A stretch of DNA of 35,777 nucleotides, from IMG/VR virus record IMGVR_UViG_3300044612_002689. One strand, written 5' to 3'. Below, piece after piece: positions 1 through 8,826 of this stretch. The notes beneath the pieces are model-generated. The model searched no databases, was not told where the DNA came from, and was given only the letters and a program-made list of their open reading frames with translations. The number at the start of each line of letters is the position of its first letter. Position 1 is the first letter of the stretch. The DNA is from an uncultured virus (IMG/VR IMGVR_UViG_3300044612_002689). Its lineage: Duplodnaviria > Heunggongvirae > Uroviricota > Caudoviricetes. The translations under genes were made by a program, and so were the position numbers.

Positions 1-55
1 ATTAAAAAATATTTCATTGAACGACATCAAGAACCTACCTGTGTCTTTCCAATAA

Positions 56-397
56 TTACCATCTTCTAGATCGTCTTTCATTCATAACCGGAGGTGATGT
101 ACTAATTTTTTGCAAAACACAATTCATGAATTTAATTCCATCTTGTGGTGTTTTATTTAATTTAGATAATTCCGTACCACAAGCCATTAATTTCACTAAA
201 TCAGTTGGGATTTTTTTAGAAGTAATAACCCCCATACCTAATTCCTTACAAGTAGGAATTGGATCAAGATTATTTAATGATAATACTTCAGTTGCACAAC
301 CAATAATTTCTGTTGGAATATCGTTTTGATTTTCTTTAATTACTCGTTTAACAATACGAACTAGATCTGCTTCTGTTAATCTTACAATTTTTTTCAT
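56..397 (-). CDS. Small hypothetical protein with N-terminal MKKIVRLTExDL-type tag
   Basis: Start moved to ATG at 397 (MKKIVRLTEADLVRIVKRVIKE). TATTTAT motif on the minus strand at 413-419. Confidence 0.75.
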   Translation of the reverse strand: MKKIVRLTEADLVRIVKRVIKENQNDIPTEIIGCATEVLSLNNLDPIPTCKELGMGVITSKKIPTDLVKLMACGTELSKLNKTPQDGIKFMNCVLQKISTSPPVMNERRSRRW

Positions 398-461
398 ATT
401 AAGTTTTTTAATATAAATATATGAATTGAAAAAAAACAATAATTTCAGAATATTTATTATC

Positions 462-1916
462 ATGAATAATAAAAAACTAATTAAAGAAATTCAAAAAATT
501 AAAAATTGTTTTGGATTAAATTTGTTGAATGAAAGTGTGGGACCAGGCGATAAATTAATTTTGGGTGCGTTAGATGCATCAAGTACAGGACTTGTAAAAA
601 CTTTGGGTACAGAACTTGCAACTCAGATTGAAAATTCAATTTTAACCTCCGTAAAAAATTCAGAATTAATTTTGAATAAAATGGGAAAAAAAATTGGTGA
701 CAATGTAAGTTTTGATGATATCAAAACACTTTATGGTCAAACAACAAAATCTTCAGCCGCAGAAATGGTTTTAAAAGAACTAGGATCGGAAGGTTCAAAA
801 GTTTTGGATGATCTTTTGTTAAATAAAATTAATCCAAAAAATTTAACTGCTTTAGGAAGTTATGTTAAACAACTTGATAAAACTAATCAACAAGCATTGA
901 AAACAAGTTTACAAGACTTACAGACACAATTTAGTAAAAGTATAGATGATGAGGCGACTTTTGAAACTGCTTGTGAGGTAATGGAGGCTACAATTCCAAA
1001 ATTAAAAGAACAGTTAAAAACCATCGAAATGGATCAAACTCTAAAAGTAGATTTAGAGAGAGTCTTAGATAGTTTTCAAACACAAATTAATACTCATAAA
1101 TTTTCAAAAGAACTTTCACCTTCTTCAACACCTCAAGTAAAAAATGTTGAGCCTAGTATTGACGACTGGCCCAACATGACTTTTCACGAAAAACCAAGTT
1201 ATACCCCAGTAAATCTAAAAACTTATTCTACGACATTTTCGAATAATAGTTTCGATCCAGAATTAATTGATTTCAATAACATTAAATTTAAGGAAGATGC
1301 ATTCCCTATGGAATGGATACAAAGACTTATTATTCAAGATGCGGAATCAATTGAAAAGTGGGGGTTGAAAAATTGGTTGGAAACAACAATAATCAGATCG
1401 ATTGGTGCCGGACTTCAACTTTTAAAAAGCATAGGTTTAGATATGTCCCCGATTGAAAAGGAGGCGACAATCAGAGATGCTGCCGAACTTTTTCCAATAA
1501 CAGGATTCGAAAAGTTTGGTACTGATAATTTTCGAGATTTCATTATTAAAAAATATAAAGATAATACTTTAAGGATTAATACGTCACTTCCTCCAAGTGA
1601 TTTGGCAAATTTTGACCCACGATGGTCAAGTCCCTTTAGTTGGGATTTTTCTATAGAGCCACCGACAACAAACACAAAAAATCAGTTAAATTATAATCAA
1701 CTTCAAAATTCTCAAGAAATACAAAAACAACTAGACAAATGGGATAAGTGGTACGATATGCCCAAAGAGGGTGATTATAATTATAAAACATGGATGGACA
1801 AACAAAAGAAAGATATGGAAGATTTGAAAAATAAAGGATTTTATAATATCAATACACTTCCTGGTATGAATGAATCATTGAACAGGGAAATAAATAAAAT
1901 AAAAAAACTTTTGTGA
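462..1916 (+). CDS. Polymorphic family member 1 (shared N-domain, variable C-terminus), putative virion protein
   Basis: Start moved to ATG 462 after TATTTAT at 451-457. N-domain aligns with 1913..3481 and 21475..23103. Tag-like helices at both ends (LIKEIQKIK; MNESLNREINKIKKLL). Confidence 0.75.
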   Translation: MNNKKLIKEIQKIKNCFGLNLLNESVGPGDKLILGALDASSTGLVKTLGTELATQIENSILTSVKNSELILNKMGKKIGDNVSFDDIKTLYGQTTKSSAAEMVLKELGSEGSKVLDDLLLNKINPKNLTALGSYVKQLDKTNQQALKTSLQDLQTQFSKSIDDEATFETACEVMEATIPKLKEQLKTIEMDQTLKVDLERVLDSFQTQINTHKFSKELSPSSTPQVKNVEPSIDDWPNMTFHEKPSYTPVNLKTYSTTFSNNSFDPELIDFNNIKFKEDAFPMEWIQRLIIQDAESIEKWGLKNWLETTIIRSIGAGLQLLKSIGLDMSPIEKEATIRDAAELFPITGFEKFGTDNFRDFIIKKYKDNTLRINTSLPPSDLANFDPRWSSPFSWDFSIEPPTTNTKNQLNYNQLQNSQEIQKQLDKWDKWYDMPKEGDYNYKTWMDKQKKDMEDLKNKGFYNINTLPGMNESLNREINKIKKLL

Positions 1917-3481
1917 AAAAAAGAACACTTAACGAAGAATTAGAAAAAATATCCCAGATTTTTAATGTTATGGGAATGGGATTTGGAGTTATAAAAGAAT
2001 CGTTGACACCAGGTCCCGGACCTACCGCATTATCAATTTTGGATGGTGCAACTCCAGGTATGGTTAAAACTTTAGGGTCAGAAATTGCAAGTCAGATTGA
2101 AACTTCAATTTTAAACACCGCAAAAAATTCAAAACTTATAACTCAAAAACTTGGAAAAAATGTCGGTGATAATCTTACCTTTGACGATCTTAAAACAATA
2201 ACTGGTGGAAGTACCAAAAGTGAAATTGCAAGTAATTTATTATCGATTGTCGGAAAAAGTCAGGCAGATTCGATATTACAAGATGTTGCGGATATAGTTG
2301 GTAATAAAAATTTTAAAATATTAGAAAGAAAAATTGTAGGTCTTGAAAAGATAGATAAGCAATTACATGATAGTGTAAAAAAATTTTTTAATAGTGCTTA
2401 TTTTGATTTGAGTCAGGGTCGAATGACACAAGGAGCAGTTGACATTTTGGAAATACAACTACCAATTATTTTGAAAAAAGTTGAAGAAAGTTTTATATCC
2501 CCGGACCTTAAAGATTTCATTAAAGAAAGTTGTTACAACACCCAACTCCAGTTAAACACTTTAAAACTTCAAGGACAATCTTCACCTATTTCTCAAAACC
2601 TACCAAATATAGATTCAACAGATCCACAATCATATTTAAACAAATACACAAAAGAAGAATTAGAAAAAATTCACAACTCTTTTGGTTGGAAAACGATCCG
2701 TACTGGATCTGGGGTTTCTAGTGGATGGAAATTTCATGTCTTTGGTGAAGACATAAAAGATTTGGTTTATTTGACTGATGCACTTACACCTGTAATTGAA
2801 AAATATGGAGCACATGGTAAGGTTGGGGGAACTGGACATCTCTCATTAGACGCATTTAAACCAGGTGGATATCAATATGGAAAACAGGGGGTAACAATTT
2901 ATATTCCAGTAGATGTTATAAATAGTAATTTACAAAAAAAAATGTTCGAAGATATACAAACTGCCATATCTGGATATAAAAAGGGTGGTACCATTTCAGG
3001 GGATAAAGCCTTGACCCCCGCAATTCATTATAGATATGAATTATTGGGACCCATTGATTATAAAACTGGGATCTCAACTGTATCACCAGGAATAGATCCA
3101 ATAACAAAAAAACCACTTCCGTCCGATTACTCAAACATGTATTCTAAAAACGAAGGAGGTCCCTATAAACCAAATGATGTACCTGACATTTTTGATTTAC
3201 CACCGGTTTCAATTCAAACACCACCACAAAAAAATACGAATTTCATATCGAATGTTCTTGGTGATGATAGTCTTATTGACTGGTCTAAAATTACCAATGC
3301 AAAAAACTCAAATGATTATAATTCATTAATAAAACAAGCATTAGACACTGGAGAGTTTAAATACATATCAAGAGGGGGTTTTGAAAATTATGGTATTCCA
3401 GATTTCAGACAATATCTCAAAGACAAATTTATTGATGATCAAGGTTTAACTGGTAATCCAGGAAAACCAGTTCAATTTTAA
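1913..3481 (+). CDS. Polymorphic family member 2 with OspF/LanKC-like phospho-Ser/Thr lyase domain
   Basis: GTG start overlaps the upstream stop (GTGA). Shared N-domain, then GWKFHV...HGKVG...QYGKQGVTIYIP...GDKALTPAIHYRYE, matching the order of class III/IV lanthipeptide lyase motifs. Confidence 0.65.
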   Translation: MKKRTLNEELEKISQIFNVMGMGFGVIKESLTPGPGPTALSILDGATPGMVKTLGSEIASQIETSILNTAKNSKLITQKLGKNVGDNLTFDDLKTITGGSTKSEIASNLLSIVGKSQADSILQDVADIVGNKNFKILERKIVGLEKIDKQLHDSVKKFFNSAYFDLSQGRMTQGAVDILEIQLPIILKKVEESFISPDLKDFIKESCYNTQLQLNTLKLQGQSSPISQNLPNIDSTDPQSYLNKYTKEELEKIHNSFGWKTIRTGSGVSSGWKFHVFGEDIKDLVYLTDALTPVIEKYGAHGKVGGTGHLSLDAFKPGGYQYGKQGVTIYIPVDVINSNLQKKMFEDIQTAISGYKKGGTISGDKALTPAIHYRYELLGPIDYKTGISTVSPGIDPITKKPLPSDYSNMYSKNEGGPYKPNDVPDIFDLPPVSIQTPPQKNTNFISNVLGDDSLIDWSKITNAKNSNDYNSLIKQALDTGEFKYISRGGFENYGIPDFRQYLKDKFIDDQGLTGNPGKPVQF

Positions 3482-3511
3482 AAAATTAAAATTTATTCTT
3501 ATTGATCGATA

Positions 3512-3543
3512 TTTGACTTATTAATTTGAATTTCCTATATTTG
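3512..3543 (+). promoter_or_regulatory. Bacteroidota primary-sigma promoter (-33 TTTG / -7 TAnnTTTG)
   Basis: TTTG 3512-3515, 20-nt spacer, TATATTTG 3536-3543, ATG 4 nt downstream. Confidence 0.7.
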
Positions 3544-3547
3544 ATGT

Positions 3548-3895
3548 ATGAGTAATTATTTAACACTTAGAAACACAGGGTGGTTGGTAACCGCACTTGT
3601 TTCGTTTATGCTAATTTTTTCTGGTTTCAACAAAGTAATCGGAAGCGAAGAAATGGTTCGTAATTTTACATCCATTAATTTACTTCCTTATTTGGCTCTT
3701 GTTGGTATTGCAGAATTACTGAGTGTTGGATTGTTGATTTATTCTCGAACTACATTGTACGGTTCGATTTTAATCACGTCCATCATGTCAGCAGCCGCTG
3801 TTATTCACCTATCTTACATGGGTGGATCAGGTATATTGATGCCAATTATGATTGGTGTTTTTTCGTGGGTTGCATATTATTTGAGAAACAAATAA
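3548..3895 (+). CDS. DoxX-like family membrane protein
   Basis: 115 aa, about four hydrophobic segments, SGFNK...GIAEL...AAVIHL pattern typical of DoxX-like proteins. Confidence 0.7.
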   Translation: MSNYLTLRNTGWLVTALVSFMLIFSGFNKVIGSEEMVRNFTSINLLPYLALVGIAELLSVGLLIYSRTTLYGSILITSIMSAAAVIHLSYMGGSGILMPIMIGVFSWVAYYLRNK

Positions 3896-3915
3896 TTTTT
3901 GGACCTATTTTAATC

Positions 3916-3946
3916 AAACCCTATCCTTTTGGTTAGGGTTTTTTTT
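3916..3946 (+). terminator. Rho-independent terminator
   Basis: AAACCCTA...TAGGGTTT hairpin followed by a T-run. Confidence 0.75.
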
Positions 3947-3967
3947 ATTTAATCATATTTATTATAA

Positions 3968-5020
3968 ATGGGAAAAAGATTTATTATAAGTGAAGAAGAA
4001 AAATCATCAATCAGGGGGTTATATCGTCTTGATGAGGAAGATACAACTAAACTTTGTACTGAATTCAATACTGAATCAAAAACACTAGTAGTTGATTATC
4101 AAGATATTTTGAACGCTTATTCAGCATCAACAGAAGAAGAAACATTCAAGATAATCAATACTAAGATAGAAGAGGTTGCTAAAACATTAGTTGATAAAGG
4201 TATCCCAGATAGAACCGCATGTGAAGCAGGATTAATATATATTAGACCCGGGTTCAAAGATAAAAAATATATGACAGTAGTGGATCCAAATTATCACACA
4301 ATATATTCTTTTGACCAAAATCTTAATGATGTTACCCCTTACTTAGATCCCAATCAAAAAAATCCTATACCAATTATTACCGGAAAAGAATCAGACTTGG
4401 TCCCAACAGGAAGAATAAAAGATTTTGTAAATCTTTCGCAATTTGACCAATACAAATGGGTAACGGCCATGAAAAAACTAAGTAAAAAATTTGAAGATGT
4501 TACCGATGAAGATTGGAAATCAATTACAGACGAAGATAAAAAAAATTATCCGGTAACAGTTAATGATCTTTTTTCAGTTTTGGGAAGTACAACAGTTTAC
4601 CCACAAATATTTTCTACAGAACCAGGAAAAATTAAGTTATATGGTGGAGATAAATATCCTGAAGGTAAAAATAAGTTTGACATTGCTTTTTTAAAGACTT
4701 TAAATGGAACACTCTTGTCGAATGCAATTCATAGAATGTTAAACAAACCAGAAAGAGTTCAAGCATTTGCAAACGCATTTAAAAGAACATCTAAAACAGT
4801 GGACGAACCATCAGATTATCTTAATTTAAGTCTTGGGTGTATCAATGTACCTTATAAAATCTATGACAATGAAACATTTAGAGAAATTTTAAGGAATTCA
4901 TGGATTTTTTATATTTCACCCGAAAAAGTTAATTACTATGTTCAATCGATTGAGCAAGTCATTGATAATCCAGAGAAATGTTATTCTCCGGATTCTTTGG
5001 GAGTTAAAAAAACTTCTTAA
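3968..5020 (+). CDS. Tagged protein with L,D-transpeptidase (YkuD)-like catalytic motif
   Basis: N-tag FIISEEEKSSIRGLY, then VVD..HTIY, PIITGK and AIH...LSLGCINV (His/Cys motif with longer than usual spacing). TATTTAT at 3956-3962. Confidence 0.55.
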   Translation: MGKRFIISEEEKSSIRGLYRLDEEDTTKLCTEFNTESKTLVVDYQDILNAYSASTEEETFKIINTKIEEVAKTLVDKGIPDRTACEAGLIYIRPGFKDKKYMTVVDPNYHTIYSFDQNLNDVTPYLDPNQKNPIPIITGKESDLVPTGRIKDFVNLSQFDQYKWVTAMKKLSKKFEDVTDEDWKSITDEDKKNYPVTVNDLFSVLGSTTVYPQIFSTEPGKIKLYGGDKYPEGKNKFDIAFLKTLNGTLLSNAIHRMLNKPERVQAFANAFKRTSKTVDEPSDYLNLSLGCINVPYKIYDNETFREILRNSWIFYISPEKVNYYVQSIEQVIDNPEKCYSPDSLGVKKTS

Positions 5021-5062
5021 TTGATTTTTTTGATACATTAAAATATTTATAAAATAAAATAT

Positions 5063-6058
5063 ATGAGTAAGGGACAATTAATTTCTGAACAAGAAAAAAA
5101 AAGAATATTAAATCTCCACAAAAACTATGATTTCAAACCTTTAATAAAAGAATCTAGGTATGATGGTCAATTAGATGCAAATGGTTCATTCACAACAACA
5201 ACAGAATTCAAATTTATTATACTATCAATTCTTGATAAAAAATATAGTTTTTTAAATGGGAAAAGTTTCACAATTAAGGTCGGAAAAAGGATATATGCCA
5301 CTAAAGATCAAAAAATGAGATTTTACATCGGTAAGTATAAGGGGGTTAATTTATACGCAGATCTTCCTTGTCCTAAAATTTCTCCAATTTTAAATGAATT
5401 TGAATGGAATGTGATTGCTCAAGGAACAAGTGGACTTATTAATATTGGCAAAGGTAAGTCAGGATCAGGTGCACCTGGTTTACCTGTAGGTTTAAGAAGT
5501 ATGTTTTGTTGTGGTGATAAAATGAAAAGTTACACGGAAAGACAATATGCTGTTGCATACCCCAAACCAGGTGAAAAAGGATATTGTAATGATAAAAAAC
5601 GAACCAAAGGATGTAGTGATCAATGTAATGCAAAACCTTGTTTTCCAGGATCACCTTGTCAACAAGTACAAGGATGGTTTGTAGATGAAGACGGATGTGA
5701 GTTTAGAACTGGACCTGGTGGATTCGAAAATAAAAGTAAATGTGAAAAATGTTGTTTTGGTAGAGACCCTAAACCAGAACCAAAACCAGAACCTAAAAGG
5801 TGTATAGATGGTTCTAAACAATGTACAAATTTTAAATCTTGTGAGGGAAAAACTGTCTATGAAAGATGTGAAAAGTGTGAAAAAATAAAAGAAATACAAA
5901 GATGTCTTAGTAAAGTACCAGATTTTGGAGATATTTTGATTGATGGTAAATTTGGTTGTGAAACAGATCATCTTCTTAACAAAATTGGTTATACTCAAAG
6001 ACCAGTCACTGATGAAATGATAAAAGAACTATGTGATTCAGTTGTTGTCCGAGGATAA
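5063..6058 (+). CDS. Tagged Cys-rich protein with C-terminal peptidoglycan-binding-like domain
   Basis: N-tag LISEQEKKRILNLH, many Cys, PKPE repeat linker, and IKEIQRCL...IDGKFGCET resembling the PG_binding_1 DGxFGxxT motif. TATTTAT at 5044-5050. Confidence 0.6.
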   Translation: MSKGQLISEQEKKRILNLHKNYDFKPLIKESRYDGQLDANGSFTTTTEFKFIILSILDKKYSFLNGKSFTIKVGKRIYATKDQKMRFYIGKYKGVNLYADLPCPKISPILNEFEWNVIAQGTSGLINIGKGKSGSGAPGLPVGLRSMFCCGDKMKSYTERQYAVAYPKPGEKGYCNDKKRTKGCSDQCNAKPCFPGSPCQQVQGWFVDEDGCEFRTGPGGFENKSKCEKCCFGRDPKPEPKPEPKRCIDGSKQCTNFKSCEGKTVYERCEKCEKIKEIQRCLSKVPDFGDILIDGKFGCETDHLLNKIGYTQRPVTDEMIKELCDSVVVRG

Positions 6059-6079
6059 TATCTTATAATCCATGATTTG

Positions 6080-6104
6080 AAAACCCTCTTGTGAGGGTTT
6101 TTTT
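6080..6104 (+). terminator. Rho-independent terminator
   Basis: AAAACCCTC-TTGT-GAGGGTTTT hairpin plus T-run. Confidence 0.75.
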
Positions 6105-6124
6105 ATTTAACACTATTTATTATT

Positions 6125-6421
6125 ATGAAGATAATAATTTCTGAAAAACAAGAAAAGATCATCAAAAATTATGAATTGATTAATTTTATAATTGACGAAA
6201 TATTGAATCAAAAAAATGTTTGTGAATATAAAGAAATGGGTTATTATGGATGGAATAAGTTTTTTAATGACGTAATTAACGAATCAATAATTAAACTTGA
6301 GGAATTAAGTGACGATATGGACACCAAAATGTCAATTTTTAGGTTTCTGACAAATGACTCGGAACATATTAAAAAATTTTATGATAAAAAAATTAAAAAA
6401 TGTAAAAATGGCAAAGGCTAG
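6125..6421 (+). CDS. Hypothetical protein with MKIIISEKQ tag
   Basis: ORF with tag. TATTTAT at 6114-6120. Confidence 0.7.
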   Translation: MKIIISEKQEKIIKNYELINFIIDEILNQKNVCEYKEMGYYGWNKFFNDVINESIIKLEELSDDMDTKMSIFRFLTNDSEHIKKFYDKKIKKCKNGKG

Positions 6422-6518
6422 AAAGGAAGGAAAAAAAAAGAGAAACAGATCAAACCTGAAAAAAAAATTAGAGATTATTAAAAATAATATGGAGATAATC
6501 TCTAAATTGAAAAAATAA
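6408..6518 (+). CDS. Small highly basic protein (36 aa), not in ORF track
   Basis: Hand translation: MAKARKEGKKKRNRSNLKKKLEIIKNNMEIISKLKK*. Overlaps the upstream stop and fills the gap. Confidence 0.55.
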   Translation: MAKARKEGKKKRNRSNLKKKLEIIKNNMEIISKLKK

Positions 6519-6529
6519 TTTCAAAAAAA

Positions 6530-6561
6530 TTTGTTTGGAAAGTTTTTTATTCTTATTTTTG
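6530..6561 (+). promoter_or_regulatory. Bacteroidota primary-sigma promoter
   Basis: TTTG 6530-6533, 20-nt spacer, TATTTTTG 6554-6561. Confidence 0.65.
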
Positions 6562-6592
6562 TAGAAATATTAAAACAATAAAAACAAGTAAT

Positions 6593-7075
6593 ATGAAAAA
6601 AACGTCGTCTAAACAAAAAATGAAACTTCAAGAAACCCTTAAAGATTTCAAAACATTACTTCCTCGTTATAGTGAAGTTCAAAGTTCTCCAAGATTAATG
6701 AAGTCTTTTCTAAGTAGAAATAGAAATCCACTTTGGGATATTACAAATACTAAAGCATTTTCTACTGGATTGGTCTCCAATGGGTATATATCCCGAGACG
6801 AAGAAACAAAAGTTTCTGTGGAACATTATATCCAAAGATCACTTGCCATGAGAATTATTTTTGATGAGTTATCAAAAAATCCTGAAATGTCCGTTCGTGA
6901 ATTTACCTCAATCTTGAAAAGATTTTGTTCAACTGTTAAAGTCACTAGAGAAGAACACAAATTGATTTCCAAAATGACGAAAAATACCGGAATATTCAAT
7001 TTTCGTCTTTATCAACAAGCGGGGATCGAAATTCAAGGTATGGAGGACTATTTGGTGAAAAATAATATTAAGTAA
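6593..7075 (+). CDS. Hypothetical basic protein (EH...VTREEH motif, possibly degenerate His-Me nuclease-like)
   Basis: ORF behind a host-type promoter. The function guess is weak. Confidence 0.6.
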   Translation: MKKTSSKQKMKLQETLKDFKTLLPRYSEVQSSPRLMKSFLSRNRNPLWDITNTKAFSTGLVSNGYISRDEETKVSVEHYIQRSLAMRIIFDELSKNPEMSVREFTSILKRFCSTVKVTREEHKLISKMTKNTGIFNFRLYQQAGIEIQGMEDYLVKNNIK

Positions 7076-7119
7076 TCATTTTTCTAATTTTAATCATATT
7101 TATTACTAAAATATAAAAT

Positions 7120-7638
7120 ATGAAAAATAACCTTTTTGAAGTTGATAGATCCGAGAAAAATAGGATCTTAGAAATGCACACCAAAGCATCCAAATTGAAT
7201 TACCTATTCGAATCTGGAAACTTGATGGATTTGACAGTCCAGGACATTATCGAAATGATTCTTACTTGTTATAATCTTTCTGCCTTGAATTACAAATTGG
7301 CAGATTTCATTCCCGATTTAACTGACGATGAAAGAAAGAAATTTACCGATTTTGCAGATTTGGACTCTCAAATCATCACTACCGGTAGAGAAAATGGTTT
7401 TCCACAACAGTTCAACGTTCCCGGACAGGAAACAATGAATGGTTTTTGGAAAAACAGACTTGATATTCTCACAAACCCAGATTTAACAGATGAAGAAAAA
7501 TCAACTAGAGTTAACCTGGAAGATATGAAAACTCTTTATTCCAAAATTTCAGATTTAATTATGGGGTATGGGTTCAACGATTTCCCATCACTTCAGACTG
7601 CGGTTGATGAATTTATCAGCACAGTATCTTTAAATTAA
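7120..7638 (+). CDS. Hypothetical protein with EKNRILEMH tag
   Basis: N-tag LFEVDRSEKNRILEMH...YLFE|S. TATTTAT at 7097-7103. Confidence 0.7.
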   Translation: MKNNLFEVDRSEKNRILEMHTKASKLNYLFESGNLMDLTVQDIIEMILTCYNLSALNYKLADFIPDLTDDERKKFTDFADLDSQIITTGRENGFPQQFNVPGQETMNGFWKNRLDILTNPDLTDEEKSTRVNLEDMKTLYSKISDLIMGYGFNDFPSLQTAVDEFISTVSLN

Positions 7639-7671
7639 GATTAATTTTTAGTAACCTTTAATTTATATTTT

Positions 7672-8007
7672 ATGAAAATTTATTTAGTATCCTTCTTTTT
7701 ATTTATTTCTACGTTTTTTGTCTCACAAACTAATGTTAAAGATTTTAGTCTCAACACTAATAATACATTCACACCCAATAATGACGGTGTAAATGACTTA
7801 TTTATGAGTAGATTATCCTTTACACCAAAAAAATATTATTTGGTTATCAGAGACAAGAAAAACCGGTTGGTTTACAAAACAAACAATCCTGGAGAATACT
7901 GGGATGGTGGCAAATCAGAAACAGGAATATATGATTTTAAAATTGTATGTGTTACTGATAATAACAAACGTTTTGTAAAAAAAGGAAAAGTAGTATTGTT
8001 TAGATAA
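7672..8007 (+). CDS. Signal peptide + stand-alone T9SS type-B C-terminal sorting domain (gliding motility-associated, CHU_C-like)
   Basis: NTFTPNNDGVNDLF...LVIRDKKNRLVY...YWDG...GIYDFKI...KKGKVVLFR matches the FTPNGDGxND/WDG/GxY type-B CTD pattern. Confidence 0.8.
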   Translation: MKIYLVSFFLFISTFFVSQTNVKDFSLNTNNTFTPNNDGVNDLFMSRLSFTPKKYYLVIRDKKNRLVYKTNNPGEYWDGGKSETGIYDFKIVCVTDNNKRFVKKGKVVLFR

Positions 8008-8048
8008 TTTTTTATTAGTGTTGTGGTATTTATATAAAAATCCACAAA

Positions 8049-8330
8049 ATGAAAAAAATAACACTTAACGAAACACAGTTATTACAGTTAATTAAAAAAA
8101 TAGTTAAAGAGTCCAGAAGAGACCCTAGAGAAACAGAATCCATGAGACTTGATCTTGTGGATTCTGTTGTTAATAGGTTTAGTGAATATGGTGACGAGTA
8201 TTACGATGCACTAAAACAGTTCAATGAAGATTACCCACTCACTAAAATCAAGGTTTTATCACCAAGAGATTTGTACGAACCAGAAAGAGTTGTTCCTGGG
8301 GTAAAAACCACATTTGGAAAAGATTTCTAG
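8049..8330 (+). CDS. Hypothetical protein with MKKITLNETQL tag
   Basis: Tag ends IVKE|S. TATTTAT at 8027-8033. Confidence 0.7.
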   Translation: MKKITLNETQLLQLIKKIVKESRRDPRETESMRLDLVDSVVNRFSEYGDEYYDALKQFNEDYPLTKIKVLSPRDLYEPERVVPGVKTTFGKDF

Positions 8331-8752
8331 GAAACTTCTAGTACCTCTAAATCAAAAATTAGTTTTTTACCTGCTAATGGGTGGTTAGCATCTAAAACTA
8401 CAGTTTCTTCTTTAACTTCTAATACTTTTACAGGCATAGGACCCTGAGGGGTCCAGGCTTGTAACATGTCACCCGGTTGTACAGTTTCTGGAACTTTATC
8501 TTTTGTAACCTCATCGATTAAATCTTCCCTAAACAAACCATATGCTTGATCAGGTTCAATTTCTATAGTCTTATTTTCACCTTCTGACATTTCTAATAAT
8601 CCTGATTCAAAACCAGGGATCAATTGTCCTTGACCTAAAGTCGCAACTAATGGTTCTCTACCTTCAGTAAGTGAAGAATCAAATACAGACCCATCTTCTA
8701 ATTTTCCTGTGTAGTTAAATTTTACAACACTTGTGTTTTCTACTTTTTTCAT
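8327..8752 (-). CDS. slyD: FKBP-type peptidyl-prolyl cis-trans isomerase, SlyD/FkpB-like with insert-in-flap domain and no His-rich tail
   Basis: YTGKLEDGSVFDSS, LGQGQLIPGFE, AYG, DANHPLAGKKLIFDLEV. Confidence 0.9.
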   Translation of the reverse strand: MKKVENTSVVKFNYTGKLEDGSVFDSSLTEGREPLVATLGQGQLIPGFESGLLEMSEGENKTIEIEPDQAYGLFREDLIDEVTKDKVPETVQPGDMLQAWTPQGPMPVKVLEVKEETVVLDANHPLAGKKLIFDLEVLEVS

Positions 8753-8826
8753 ATTATTTTTTTCTAAAATTTATTAAATATAAATCTTAAGTAAACATTT
8801 ATGAGTCGTTAAATATTTATTTAAGT

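Noticed and set aside
1913..3481. Lanthipeptide biosynthetic cluster
   Set aside because: Only the lyase-like motifs are present. There is no kinase, cyclase, transporter or precursor peptide nearby.
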